Origin: Actinoallomurus sp.
GTDB lineage: Bacteria > Actinomycetota > Actinomycetes > Streptosporangiales > Streptosporangiaceae
DNA length: 63,338 nt
Reading direction: 5' to 3'
Assembly (NCBI GenBank): GCA_045806665.1
Contig: JBJMIW010000372.1
Location: 1-63,338 of the forward strand
The position numbers and the translations under genes were made by a program. The notes beneath the pieces are model-generated. The model was not told the DNA's origin. It did no database searches and worked only from the letters and a program-made list of their open reading frames with translations. Positions 9,179-18,712 of this stretch are shown here, piece after piece. Each line of letters begins with the position of its first letter. Within the stretch, counting starts at the first letter, position 1.

Positions 9179-10015
9179 ATGACCGACACGTTCACCAGTC
9201 CGATCTCCAGCGCCATCGATGAGCTGTGGGAGCGCCGGGCCGAGCTGAGCCCTCAGGACACCGACGCCCGATCCGCCATCGTGGCCGCCGTCGACTTGAT
9301 CGACGCCGGGCGGGCACGCGTGGCGTTCATCGACGAGGCCACCGACGAGGTGATCGTCGACGAGCGCGCCAAGCGGGCGATCCTCCTCAGCTTCAAGGTG
9401 CTGGATATGGTGCGCGCGCAGGTGGGCGACTTCTACTACCACGACCGGATTCCGCTGAAGACCCGTCTCGACGGGGTGCGCGTGGTGCCCGGCGCCATCG
9501 CCCGGTGGGGGTCCTACCTCGCGCCGGGCGTGGTCCTCATGCCGTCCTTCACGAACATCGGCGCCTACGTCGACTCGGGCACGATGGTCGACACGTGGGC
9601 GACGGTCGGGTCCTGCGCGCAGATCGGCAAGAACGTCCACCTGTCCGGTGGCGTCGGCATCGGCGGTGTGCTGGAGCCGCCGAACGCCAAGCCCGTCGTC
9701 ATCGAGGACGAGGCCATGATCGGCAGCCGCTCGATGATCGTCGAGGGCGCCCGCGTGGGCAAGGGCGCGGTCGTCGGCTCCGGGACGAACCTCTCCGCCT
9801 CGATGCCGGTCATCGACGTGGAGACCGGCGAGGAGCTGGGCCGCGGCCGTATCCCCGACTGGTGTGTCGCCGTCGGCGGTACGCGGCTGAAGGAGTTCCC
9901 CGGCGGCACGTTCGGGATGCCCGCCGTCCTGGTGATCAAGCGTCTCGAGCCGGGCGTGCGCCACGACAAGTCGCAGCTCAACGACGTCCTGCGCGACCAC
10001 GGTCTGAGCGCCTGA
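9179..10015 (+). CDS. dapD: Tetrahydrodipicolinate N-succinyltransferase
   Basis: RVVPGAIAR, MPSFTNIGAYVDSGTMVDTWATVGSCAQIGKNVHLSGGVGIGGVLEP. Confidence 0.97.
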   Translation: MTDTFTSPISSAIDELWERRAELSPQDTDARSAIVAAVDLIDAGRARVAFIDEATDEVIVDERAKRAILLSFKVLDMVRAQVGDFYYHDRIPLKTRLDGVRVVPGAIARWGSYLAPGVVLMPSFTNIGAYVDSGTMVDTWATVGSCAQIGKNVHLSGGVGIGGVLEPPNAKPVVIEDEAMIGSRSMIVEGARVGKGAVVGSGTNLSASMPVIDVETGEELGRGRIPDWCVAVGGTRLKEFPGGTFGMPAVLVIKRLEPGVRHDKSQLNDVLRDHGLSA

Positions 10016-10068
10016 CTGCGCGCTCAGGGGCCGGGTGACGGCCCGTCGCGGCGGGTCGATGAGACGGC

Positions 10069-10102
10069 GAAGGCGCCGGGACCGCACGGTCCCGGCGCCT
10101 TC
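10069..10102. terminator. 16-bp stem hairpin between convergent dapD and lysozyme genes
   Basis: GAAGGCGCCGGGACCG-CA-CGGTCCCGGCGCCTTC. Confidence 0.75.
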
Positions 10103-10114
10103 ATCGGTCGGGGA

Positions 10115-10948
10115 TCAGGTGTTGTTGGCGAGGGCGAGCAGGCGCGTCGAGTCGCCGTTGAAGGTGTCCTGGTCACCCGGGAAGGTGCCGCTGCTGGCGT
10201 ACTGCCAGAAGGTGTAGAAGCTCCAGCCGTACGGCAGGGTGCCCGCCGAGCTGGAGTACCGCGCGATCCAGAGCGGGCTGTTGCTCGCGAAGGTCGCGTC
10301 GTTGTTGCCGGTGCAGCTCGACCACCAGTCGAGGGTGGTGTAGATGACCGCCCACCGGCTGGTCTTGGCGTGGTACTCGTTGAGGAACGCGTGGATCCAG
10401 CTCCGCATCGAGGCCTGGCTGAGTCCGTAGCAGGTGGCGCCGTACGGGTTGTACTCGATGTCGAGCGCGCCCGGCAGCGTGTGGTTGTCGCGGGACCAGC
10501 CACCGCCGTGGGCGGCGAAGTAGTCGGCCTGCGCCGCGCCGCTCGAGGTGTTCGGCGTGGCGAAGTGGTAGGCGCCCCGGATCAGGCCGACGTTGTAGGA
10601 CCCGACGTACTGCTGCGAGAAGTACGGGTTCTGGTACGACGTGCCCTCGGTGGCCTTGACGTAGGCGAACTTGGCGCCGTTGCTCTTCACCGAACTCCAG
10701 TTGACGTTGCCCTGGTAGCTCGCGACGTCCAGGCCGGGGAGCCCGGCGACCATCGGGCTGACGGTGCCGCCGCCGGAGCCGCTACGGGCGGCCAGGCCCG
10801 AGCCGGCGTGGTCCTTGTCGGGGTGGGTGACGGGGTTGGCCGACGCGCCGGCCGCGGGGGCGGCGGCGAGGACGCCGCCGGCGACGGTCAGCGCGGCGAA
10901 CGCCGTGCTGAGCCTGCGGACGATGCGGTTACGGGATGACGTTGCCAC
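10115..10948 (-). CDS. Secreted GH25 (cellosyl-type) lysozyme
   Basis: Signal peptide; GLDVASYQG, YVKATEG, RGAYHFA, PGALDIEYNPYG, FWQY; GGAGGA RBS before GTG 10948. Confidence 0.95.
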   Translation of the reverse strand: MATSSRNRIVRRLSTAFAALTVAGGVLAAAPAAGASANPVTHPDKDHAGSGLAARSGSGGGTVSPMVAGLPGLDVASYQGNVNWSSVKSNGAKFAYVKATEGTSYQNPYFSQQYVGSYNVGLIRGAYHFATPNTSSGAAQADYFAAHGGGWSRDNHTLPGALDIEYNPYGATCYGLSQASMRSWIHAFLNEYHAKTSRWAVIYTTLDWWSSCTGNNDATFASNSPLWIARYSSSAGTLPYGWSFYTFWQYASSGTFPGDQDTFNGDSTRLLALANNT

Positions 10949-11031
10949 GGATTCCTCCTGGGGGTGGGAGTGGCGGGGGTGGACAGGTCGTCCGGGTGTG
11001 GACTCGGGCCGGTGACGGTGGGGATCGCCCG

Positions 11032-11853
11032 TCACGGGCGGGGTTCGGCGGCACCAACGGCGGGGCCGTGGTCGCCGAGGAAGCGAGGTCCGGGCAGGCC
11101 GGATCGCGTGACGGAGGCGGCGCGCGCGGCGAACGGGCGGCCGAGCGCGGTCGCGACGTCCGACCGCAGCTTGGGGAGCTGGGCGTAGAGCGCGTCGCCG
11201 GGGCACTGGGTGGGGTTGTAGTCGCGGTGGCCGACGATCGCGGTGGACGGGGACAGCCCGTAGACGTCGCAGAGCCAGGCGAGGGTCTGGACGAGGGAGT
11301 TCCAGAGGGCGGTGGGCGGGAGCTCGGTCGTGTAGGTGCCCTCGTTCTCGATGCCGAGGGTGTGGCCGTTCTCATTGGCGCACTGGGCGCCCATGACGTT
11401 CGCGCCCTTGCCGATGGCCTCGATCGAGCGGTTGCGGCCCTCCATGACGTAGCCGCCGCGGCTGATGGTCAGCTGCTGGCCGGTGTCGCTCCAGCCGTTG
11501 GTGTCCATGTGGAGGTTCTGGCAGTCGCGGGACAGCTGGAAGGCGTGGGTGAGGGAGTAGTCGGTCGAGTTGGGGAAGGCCATGTGGTGCACGATCAGGT
11601 GATCGGGCGCCTTGATGATCGTGGCCGGTGACGTCGGGGGCCGCGCTCCCCACTCGGCCCGCGTGTAGATGCGAGGCTTGGTGTAGGCGCCGGCGGCGCG
11701 CGGCCGGGTCAGGTCGACGGCGCCGATGAGGGCGGCGCCGCCGGCGACGGCGGCCGCCCGCATGAGCAGGTCGCGGCGGCCGAGGGCGGTCGCCGTCCGG
11801 CTGTCGGGTGGGGCGGCCGTCTGCGGGGTCAGGTGGGCGGGAGTGTCGTGCAT
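11032..11853 (-). CDS. Tat-exported N-acetylmuramoyl-L-alanine amidase (PGRP/amidase_2)
   Basis: GRRDLL twin-arginine signal; RAEWGAR, IVHH, GIENEG, GHRD..TQCPG. Confidence 0.9.
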   Translation of the reverse strand: MHDTPAHLTPQTAAPPDSRTATALGRRDLLMRAAAVAGGAALIGAVDLTRPRAAGAYTKPRIYTRAEWGARPPTSPATIIKAPDHLIVHHMAFPNSTDYSLTHAFQLSRDCQNLHMDTNGWSDTGQQLTISRGGYVMEGRNRSIEAIGKGANVMGAQCANENGHTLGIENEGTYTTELPPTALWNSLVQTLAWLCDVYGLSPSTAIVGHRDYNPTQCPGDALYAQLPKLRSDVATALGRPFAARAASVTRSGLPGPRFLGDHGPAVGAAEPRP

Positions 11854-12069
11854 GGCGGGGAGGTCCTTCCGGCGGGGGTCGAAGGGCTATCCGCTCCTGA
11901 CAGGTAAATATCCAACATGTAGAGCGTCAGATAAGTGGAAAATTCTCCTAATATCGCCGTCTTCGTTGGCAGGTCGCCGCGTCCTCCCAGCTCAGGGCGC
12001 ACCAATGGAGGTCACGGGAGCGGGGAGCGCTGGCCGGATCCGGGCATCCCTGGCGTAGGCTCAGGCCCC

Positions 12070-13125
12070 ATGTGGCTTGATCTGACCCAGGACGTCGCCT
12101 CCCTCACCGCGGCGATCGTCGACATCGAATCAGTGAGCGGGAACGAGAAGGTCCTCGCCGACGCCGTCGAGGAGGCGCTGCGCGCCCTGCCCCACCTGTC
12201 CGTCGAGCGGGACGGTGACACGGTGATCGCGCGGACCTCCCAGGGCCGGAGCGAGCGGGTCGTGATCGCCGGGCATCTCGACACGGTCCCGGTCAACCAC
12301 AACCTCCCCTCCCGCGTGGAGGGCGACCGCCTGTACGGCTGCGGGACCGGCGACATGAAGGCGGGCGTCGCCGTGCAGCTCAAGCTGGCCACGATCCCGG
12401 AGACCACCCGGGACGTCACGTACTTCTTCTACGAGTGCGAAGAGGTCGATGAGTCCCGGAACGGCCTCAAGCGCATCGGCCTGACCCGCCCGGAGCTGCT
12501 GCAGGCCGACTTCGCGGTCCTGATGGAGCCGTCCGGCGGAATCGTCGAGGGCGGCTGCCAGGGGACCATCCGCGTCGAGGTCAAGGTCCCCGGGGAACGG
12601 GCGCACAGCGCGCGGTCCTGGATGGGGTCGAACGCCATCCACCAGGCCGGCGCGGTGCTCGACATCCTGCGGATCTACGAGCCGGAGCGCCCGGTCGTCG
12701 ACGGCCTGGAGTTCCACGAGGGGCTGAACGCGGTGTTCATCCGGGGCGGCGTCGCGGGCAACGTGATCCCCGACGAGTGCGTCATCACGATCAACTACCG
12801 CTTCGCGCCCGACAAGTCCCTGGCCGACGCGGAGGCGTACCTCCGGGAGCTGTTCGACGGCTACGAGGTGACCGTGGTCGACGGCGCTCCCGGCGCGCGT
12901 CCGGGCCTGACGGATCCGGTCGCGGCGGCGTTCACTGAGGCCACCGGCGGCGAGGCGCGGGCCAAGTTCGGCTGGACCGACGTGGCGAGGTTCTCCGAGC
13001 TGGGCATTCCGGCTGTGAACTATGGCCCTGGCGAGCCCAGCCTGTCGCACACCCGTCACGAGTACGTCGAGATTCCGCGTATCTTCACCAGCGAGGAGCG
13101 GATGCGGGCCTGGCTCACGACCTGA
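12070..13125 (+). CDS. dapE: Succinyl-diaminopimelate desuccinylase
   Basis: AGHLDTVP, GCGTGDMKAG, YECEEV, AHSARSW, GWTDVARF. Confidence 0.96.
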   Translation: MWLDLTQDVASLTAAIVDIESVSGNEKVLADAVEEALRALPHLSVERDGDTVIARTSQGRSERVVIAGHLDTVPVNHNLPSRVEGDRLYGCGTGDMKAGVAVQLKLATIPETTRDVTYFFYECEEVDESRNGLKRIGLTRPELLQADFAVLMEPSGGIVEGGCQGTIRVEVKVPGERAHSARSWMGSNAIHQAGAVLDILRIYEPERPVVDGLEFHEGLNAVFIRGGVAGNVIPDECVITINYRFAPDKSLADAEAYLRELFDGYEVTVVDGAPGARPGLTDPVAAAFTEATGGEARAKFGWTDVARFSELGIPAVNYGPGEPSLSHTRHEYVEIPRIFTSEERMRAWLTT

Positions 13126-13206
13126 GGCGCGCCGGCTCGGACGCGCGGCTCAGAACCTGACCGGTGCCGTGACGACGTGAGCGGTGCGGCTCACGATCTG
13201 AGCGGC
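13112..13206 (+). repeat. Short degenerate copies of the dapE 3' end
   Basis: GGCTCACGACCTGA (gene end), GGCTCAGAACCTGA (13147), CCGTGACGACGTGA (13167), GGCTCACGATCTGA (13188). Confidence 0.65.
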
Positions 13207-13252
13207 GCCCGGCCCTGACTCCGGAGCGGCATCGACGCGGGAGGGTGGCCTC

Positions 13253-13648
13253 ATGGGCCAGGTTCTGGCTGACGGACTGACGATCGCGGAGGCGGCCGAG
13301 CGCACCGGCGTCTCCACCCACACCCTGCGCTACTACGAGCGCATCGGCGCGTTCCGGGAGCCGCCGGAGCGTGACGCCAACGGGCACCGCCGCTACACCG
13401 AGCGCGACCTGTCCTGGATCACGCTGCTCACCCGCCTGCGCGCGACCGGGATGCCCATCGCGACGATCCTGCGCTACGCCCAGCTGGCACGGGAGGGCAA
13501 CGGAACGGCCGCCGACCGCAAGGCGCTGCTCATCGCCCACCGCGCCGAGGTGGCCGCGCGCATCGACGAGCTGCAGCAGGACCTGGAGCTCATCGATCAC
13601 AAGATCAACGTGTACGACGAGATCGACCGCACCCGTTTCGGCCGGTGA
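13253..13648 (+). CDS. MerR-family transcriptional regulator
   Basis: TIAEAAERTGVSTHTLRYYERIG..RDANGHRRY..LRATGMPI. Confidence 0.93.
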   Translation: MGQVLADGLTIAEAAERTGVSTHTLRYYERIGAFREPPERDANGHRRYTERDLSWITLLTRLRATGMPIATILRYAQLAREGNGTAADRKALLIAHRAEVAARIDELQQDLELIDHKINVYDEIDRTRFGR

Positions 13649-13663
13649 CCGTACCGCAGGTTG

Positions 13664-15817
13664 TCAGACGCGGGCCTGGGCCGGCAGCGGATCCCCCTCC
13701 GAGAACGTCCCCGTGCGGCGGATGACGTGCCAGCGCAGCGGGGCGCCCAGGACCGCCGTGACGAGTGACTGGAGGACCACCAGGTACATCAGCTGCCGGT
13801 AGACGATCTGCTGGAACGGCAGCACCCACAGGGTGGTCAGGCGCTCGCCGTCGAGCTTCAGCGCGTACGTCGCGGCGGCCGCCTGTGCGGCCACGAACGC
13901 GACCCAGGACACCCCGACCGTCACCGGGTCGAGGAAGATGATGCCGTAGATGGCGAAGACGTCGACCACGGGCGCCAGGCACGGTAGCGCGACCTGGAAG
14001 AGCGTCAGGTACGGCAGGCAACGGCGGCCGAAGCGGCCGGACCGGCCACCCTCGACCAGCGCGCGCTTGTGCTTCCACATCGACTGCAGGGTGCCGTAGC
14101 ACCAGCGGTAGCGCTGGCGCCAGAGCTGACGCAGCGAGGACGGAGCCTCCGTCCAGGCGAGGGCGGTCTCCTCGTACACGACGCGCCAGCCCGCCCGGCA
14201 GATGGCCATGGTCAGGTCGGTGTCCTCGGCGAGGGTCTCGGTGCTGAGGCCGCCGACCGATGCAAGGGCATCCCGCCGGAAGGCGCCGATCGCGCCCGGC
14301 ACGGTCGGCATGCACTCGAGCACGTCGAACATCCGCCGGTCCAGGTTGAAGCCGATGACGTACTCCAGGTGCTGCCAGCGGCCGAGCATTCCCTTGCGGT
14401 TGGCCACCTTGGTGTTGCCGCTGACCGCTCCGACCTGCGGGTCGGCCAGCGGTCGCACGAGATTGCCGATCGTGTCGCGCTGGAACACGGTGTCGCCGTC
14501 GACAAGGACGAGCACGGCGTGGCGCGCGTGGGCGATGCCCGTGTTCAGGGCGGCGGGCTTGCCGCCGTTGGGTCGCCGGATCAGCCGGACGTTCCGGAAC
14601 TCCCGCTCCAGCCGCGCGCCGATGACGGGGGTGTCATCGGTCGATCCGTCGTCGACGATCAGCACCTCGATCGGTGCCGGATAGTCGGTGTTGACGAGCG
14701 AGCGCACCGTCGCCGCGAGACCGACCTCCTCGTTGTACGCCGGGACGATCACCGACACGGGCGGTATGAAGTTTCCGGCGCCAGGCCACGGCATGGTACG
14801 GCGGCGTTCACGGCGGACCCGCCGTACGTGGATGTGCGCGAACAGCGGGAGGGCCAGCAGCCTCAGCGTGGTCAGCGCACCCGCGATCGCGAAGAGGATC
14901 CCCAGCCAGCCGGTGAGCCGGCCGGACCAGCGCTGCCCGTCGATCAGGGCCGTTCCGGTCACCTTGTCGAAGGTCGAGGCGGGCACGTCGGCGGACGGCA
15001 GCCGCATCGCCTCGCTCAGCGTCGTGAACCGGTAGCCCTGGGCGGACAGGCGGGTCAGGAGCGTGTCGAGGGCCTGAACCGTCTGGCTCCGGTCGCCTCC
15101 CGAGTCGTGCATCATCACGACGGCTCCGGCGCCCTTCCGGGGAGTCGCGGCCTCGAGGATCTTGGCCACTCCGGGGCGCCGCCAGTCCTCGGTGTCGTGG
15201 TCGGTGAGCGCGACGACGTAGCCCTGCCCTCCGGCCTCCCGGGCCGCCTGGTATTCAGGCGCCGACAGACCGCCCGGCACGGAGGAGTAGGGCATCCGCA
15301 TGAGCCGGGTGTGAATGCCCGCCGCGCCGGCGAGGGCCCGCTGGGTCAGGCCGAGTTCGAAGCGGATGCGCGAGGGGGAGGAGCTCGCCATGTCGATGTG
15401 GGTGTAGGTGTGCGAGCCGATCTCGTTGCCTTCGCGGACCGCCCGGTCGACGATCTCGGGATGGTCGGCGACGTGCGCTCCGATGACGAAGAACGTCGCG
15501 TGGGCCCCGTGGCGGCGTAGCACGTCGAGGATCTGGGGGGTCCAGCGCGGATCGGGCCCGTCGTCGAAGGTGAGCGCGATGGTGTGGCGGGGCGTCCGGA
15601 TGCTCTGCGGGCGGCCGCCCGACAGGTTCACGACGGGACCGCCGTCCGTCACCGCGGATGGCGCCGCCCCGCTCTTGGTGTACTCGTGCTGCGAAGACTC
15701 CCCGACCACGCCGTGCGCGTAACCGCCCAGCAGGAGGCCGGCGGTGAGGGTGACCGCGCCGAGGAACAGCAGGATCCAGTGGCCGCGTGGATCACGTCGG
15801 CGATCGCGGCGCGCCAT
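13664..15817 (-). CDS. Bifunctional polysaccharide deacetylase / GT2 glycosyltransferase
   Basis: NodB TFDDGP and HTYTH motifs; GT2 VPAYNE, DDGSTD, DGDT, AEDTD, QRYRW; coupled to upstream gene by TGATG. Confidence 0.93.
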   Translation of the reverse strand: MARRDRRRDPRGHWILLFLGAVTLTAGLLLGGYAHGVVGESSQHEYTKSGAAPSAVTDGGPVVNLSGGRPQSIRTPRHTIALTFDDGPDPRWTPQILDVLRRHGAHATFFVIGAHVADHPEIVDRAVREGNEIGSHTYTHIDMASSSPSRIRFELGLTQRALAGAAGIHTRLMRMPYSSVPGGLSAPEYQAAREAGGQGYVVALTDHDTEDWRRPGVAKILEAATPRKGAGAVVMMHDSGGDRSQTVQALDTLLTRLSAQGYRFTTLSEAMRLPSADVPASTFDKVTGTALIDGQRWSGRLTGWLGILFAIAGALTTLRLLALPLFAHIHVRRVRRERRRTMPWPGAGNFIPPVSVIVPAYNEEVGLAATVRSLVNTDYPAPIEVLIVDDGSTDDTPVIGARLEREFRNVRLIRRPNGGKPAALNTGIAHARHAVLVLVDGDTVFQRDTIGNLVRPLADPQVGAVSGNTKVANRKGMLGRWQHLEYVIGFNLDRRMFDVLECMPTVPGAIGAFRRDALASVGGLSTETLAEDTDLTMAICRAGWRVVYEETALAWTEAPSSLRQLWRQRYRWCYGTLQSMWKHKRALVEGGRSGRFGRRCLPYLTLFQVALPCLAPVVDVFAIYGIIFLDPVTVGVSWVAFVAAQAAAATYALKLDGERLTTLWVLPFQQIVYRQLMYLVVLQSLVTAVLGAPLRWHVIRRTGTFSEGDPLPAQARV

Positions 15818-16293
15818 CAGGTGTGCACCGGGTGGGGGTTCTTGGTCCGCCCATACCCGTGCCCCTTGCCGGGCGGTGTGGACGATGCCGTGGGTGTGAC
15901 GGTCGCGGTGGGGGAGGTCCGCGCCGGGGGCGGCGTGGTGGCGGGGGCGCCCGGCCCCGTGCCCTTGGGAGAGTGCGACGTACCGGTCGTCGGGGCGGGG
16001 CCGCTGGGCGCGAGCCCGGCGGCGGAGCTTCCTGCCGGGACGGGCCGGCGCGCGCCATCGCGGGGCATGAGCCCGTCCTGGACGGGGCCATGGCCGGACG
16101 GTGAGCTTTGCGCCTGAGGCCACGGGGTGAGCGGCACTCGGGTCCCGGTGACCAGCCCTACTGTGACGACCACGAGATAGGCGGCGAGGACGCACCCCAG
16201 CGCGATCCCCGTACGTCGCAGTATCCGTGCCCGTCGGCCGGTCGGGTCGACGAAAACGGGGTCCCGTTCAACCACCTCAGTCGCTTGCTCCAC
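15817..16293 (-). CDS. Small membrane protein with Pro/Thr-rich tail
   Basis: PVFVDPTGRRAR followed by a TM helix; stop overlaps start of the GT2 gene. Confidence 0.75.
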   Translation of the reverse strand: MEQATEVVERDPVFVDPTGRRARILRRTGIALGCVLAAYLVVVTVGLVTGTRVPLTPWPQAQSSPSGHGPVQDGLMPRDGARRPVPAGSSAAGLAPSGPAPTTGTSHSPKGTGPGAPATTPPPARTSPTATVTPTASSTPPGKGHGYGRTKNPHPVHT

Positions 16294-16409
16294 GCGGGCA
16301 GTCTAGAACCCAAAAAACCGGCAAACGCCACAAATGCGTTCACTGTCCTCTTGTCGGATCACGTGTCAGAATCCGCAAAGCGCTTGCGCCGCTGGTTAAC
16401 GTGGGGGCC

Positions 16410-17216
16410 ATGCGACCTGACGAGGCGCCGCGGAGGAGACGACAGGGTCCGGTGACCCTCCGCGGCAAGGCGATCCCCGCCACGACCACCGACCAGCGAC
16501 TGCTCGACTCGCGCGGCCCCTCCGACTGGCTGCACACCGACCCCTGGCGGGTGCTGCGCATCCAGGCCGAGTTCGTCGAGGGGTTCGGTCTGCTGGCGGA
16601 GCTGCCCCGCGCGGTCAGCGTCTTCGGCTCCGCCCGTACGAAGCCAGGCTCGGAGGAGTACGAACTGGCGGAGCAGATCGGCGCCCTGCTCGCTGAGGCC
16701 GGCTACGCCGTGATCACCGGGGGCGGCCCGGGGATCATGGAGGCCGCCAACCGGGGGGCCGACGAGGCCGGCGGCGTCTCGGTCGGCCTGGGCATCGAGC
16801 TGCCGTTCGAGCAGGGGCTTAACGACTACATCGACATCGGCCTGGAGTTCCGGTATTTCTTCGTCCGGAAGACGATGTTCGTCAAGTACTCCCAGGCGTT
16901 CGTCGTGCTCCCCGGCGGATTCGGGACGCTGGACGAACTGTTCGAGGCGATCACCCTCGTACAGACCAGGAAGATCACCCGGTTCCCGATCGTGCTGGTC
17001 GGCACGCAGTTCTGGGGCGGCCTGCTGCAGTGGGTCAAGGAGCAGATGGTGCCCGCCGGGAAGATCTCCCCCGAGGACCTCGACCTGGTGCACGTCACCG
17101 ACGACCCCGCCGAGGTGGTGGACTGCATCAAGCGCGCCCACGAGACCCAGGAGCGCGCGCTGCAGGAACGCGCGGCCCAGGAGGCCGACGCCCGCGCGGG
17201 AGGGAACGGAAGCTGA
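16410..17216 (+). CDS. LOG family (TIGR00730) nucleotide phosphoribohydrolase
   Basis: DPWRVLRIQAEFVEGF, VFGSAR, TGGGPGIMEAAN, PGGFGTLDE. Confidence 0.95.
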   Translation: MRPDEAPRRRRQGPVTLRGKAIPATTTDQRLLDSRGPSDWLHTDPWRVLRIQAEFVEGFGLLAELPRAVSVFGSARTKPGSEEYELAEQIGALLAEAGYAVITGGGPGIMEAANRGADEAGGVSVGLGIELPFEQGLNDYIDIGLEFRYFFVRKTMFVKYSQAFVVLPGGFGTLDELFEAITLVQTRKITRFPIVLVGTQFWGGLLQWVKEQMVPAGKISPEDLDLVHVTDDPAEVVDCIKRAHETQERALQERAAQEADARAGGNGS

Positions 17217-17254
17217 TGCGCGTCTGCGTTTTCTGCTTTTCGGCTGGCCCCTGA
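17216..17254 (+). pseudogene. 5' stub of a second LOG-family gene
   Basis: TGATG-coupled MRVCVFCFSAGP*; xVCVFC is the typical LOG N-terminus. Confidence 0.6.
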
Positions 17255-17353
17255 GAGGACCCATAGCAACCTGACTTTGCGATCCGACTTCTCTCTCCGT
17301 CTCCGGGCAGCCACCCGCCCGGATTCGAGGTTCCGAAAACCGTACAGTCCGGG

Positions 17354-17881
17354 CTAATGAACGTCGTCCACCTCGATGTCGACGGTGTGCAGTTCGACGC
17401 CGAGTTGGTCGCGAGCCGCGGCGCGGATCGCGCGGCGTACCCGGTCGGCGGCGGCGAGGGTGGCGTAGCGGAGGCTGAGGTGGATTTGGACCTTGCCGTG
17501 GTCGGTGGGAACGGGAAATCCGCATCGTCGTACCTTCACCCCGGGGATGGTCTCGGCGACGATCGCGAGCAGAGCGCTGGCTGCATGCTCGCTGATCGAC
17601 AGGTGCAGTGGAGGGTCGGCGGGCAGTGGGAGCGTGCGTGAAGAGTGTGGCTCGGCGCGGACGCGCGACATGACCGCGTTGAGGAATCCGGGCGGGGGCC
17701 GTATCGGTTCGGCGCGCATGAGTTCGGCGGCGCGGTGCAAAAAGGCGAGGGCGGCCGCGGTCTGCTGGCAGTGCGGGCAACTGCGTTCGTGTTCATCAGG
17801 TGCGCCGGCGACGACGTGGTCGTGGAGGATGTTGATCGCCCGGCCGCATGCCAGCCGGTCGCAGGGCGGGTTCATCGCCAT
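17354..17881 (-). CDS. Putative zinc anti-sigma factor with Asp23-like C-terminal domain
   Basis: LACG..HERSCPHC (HxxxCxxC); C-terminal ..LHTVDIEVDDV; overlaps sigma stop. Confidence 0.7.
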   Translation of the reverse strand: MAMNPPCDRLACGRAINILHDHVVAGAPDEHERSCPHCQQTAAALAFLHRAAELMRAEPIRPPPGFLNAVMSRVRAEPHSSRTLPLPADPPLHLSISEHAASALLAIVAETIPGVKVRRCGFPVPTDHGKVQIHLSLRYATLAAADRVRRAIRAAARDQLGVELHTVDIEVDDVH

Positions 17882-18420
17882 GGTGTCAGCTCCGCGGCCA
17901 GACGGGCACGGGCTCGGTGAATGCGGCCGCGGACGGCCTCGGGCCCGGCCTGGGTGGCTTCGGCGATCTGGTCATAGGACAGCCCCTCCAACTCTTTGAG
18001 CACCCAACATGCTCGCTGTTGCGGTGTGAGGTGGGTAAGCGCACGCCGGAGCGCCCCGAGCAGGTCGTCGGCGAGTGCTTCTTGTTCGGGATTTCCCGAT
18101 GGTGACGCCGGTGGTGGCGCGGTCTCCAGGTCGGCCTGCGGGCAGCGCGAGCGCGCGGCCTGTAGGGCACGGGTGGCGGCGACGCGATATAGCCAGGCAG
18201 CGAATGCCTGTTCGGCGCGGACGTCGTGCAGCCGCCGCCAGGCGATGACGAACGTGTCCTGGGCGGCGTCCTCGGCGTCATGGGCGTTGTGGAGAATGCG
18301 CAGCGTGACGCGGTACACCGGGCCGGCGTAGCGGCGCAGGAGCTGTTCGAAGGCCGTGGTGTCCCCGGCGCGCGCCCGCACCACCAAGGCGCCGTCGGCG
18401 TCTTGCGCCGCGAGGTTCAC
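17872..18420 (-). CDS. ECF sigma factor
   Basis: GDTTAFEQL, DAEDAAQDTF, FAAWLYRVA, EGLSYDQIA, VRGRIHRAR. Confidence 0.93.
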   Translation of the reverse strand: MNLAAQDADGALVVRARAGDTTAFEQLLRRYAGPVYRVTLRILHNAHDAEDAAQDTFVIAWRRLHDVRAEQAFAAWLYRVAATRALQAARSRCPQADLETAPPPASPSGNPEQEALADDLLGALRRALTHLTPQQRACWVLKELEGLSYDQIAEATQAGPEAVRGRIHRARARLAAELTPWR

Positions 18421-18452
18421 CGCCGCTGCGGGGGGCGGAAATCATCCATGGT

Positions 18453-18468
18453 TGTGATCCAGATCACT
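18453..18468. promoter_or_regulatory. CRP/GlxR-like operator
   Basis: TGTGA-tccaga-TCACT, one mismatch from TGTGA-N6-TCACA, in the divergent promoter region. Confidence 0.5.
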
Positions 18469-18712
18469 GGTGTCGGAGCGTGAGGTACGGCTTCCACACG
18501 CATCTTCTGTATGTCTACCCAGTGAGCGCAGTGGGTGGGCATTAGGCAGCGGTGTGGTGAAGGTGCCGGCGAGGCGCTCAAGGCGCGGCACGGGCGGCCG
18601 GGACCGGGGCCTACTGGTCGGCGGTTCTTCAGGCGGGTGCGTCGTCGGGACTGACGGCCGCAGGGATGGGCGTGACACGCACGATCGTGTCTCGCAGACG
18701 AAGGGGAGCCAC

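Noticed and set aside
10115-11853. Prophage lysis cassette
   Set aside because: Both enzymes have export signals; no holin, structural genes or integrase
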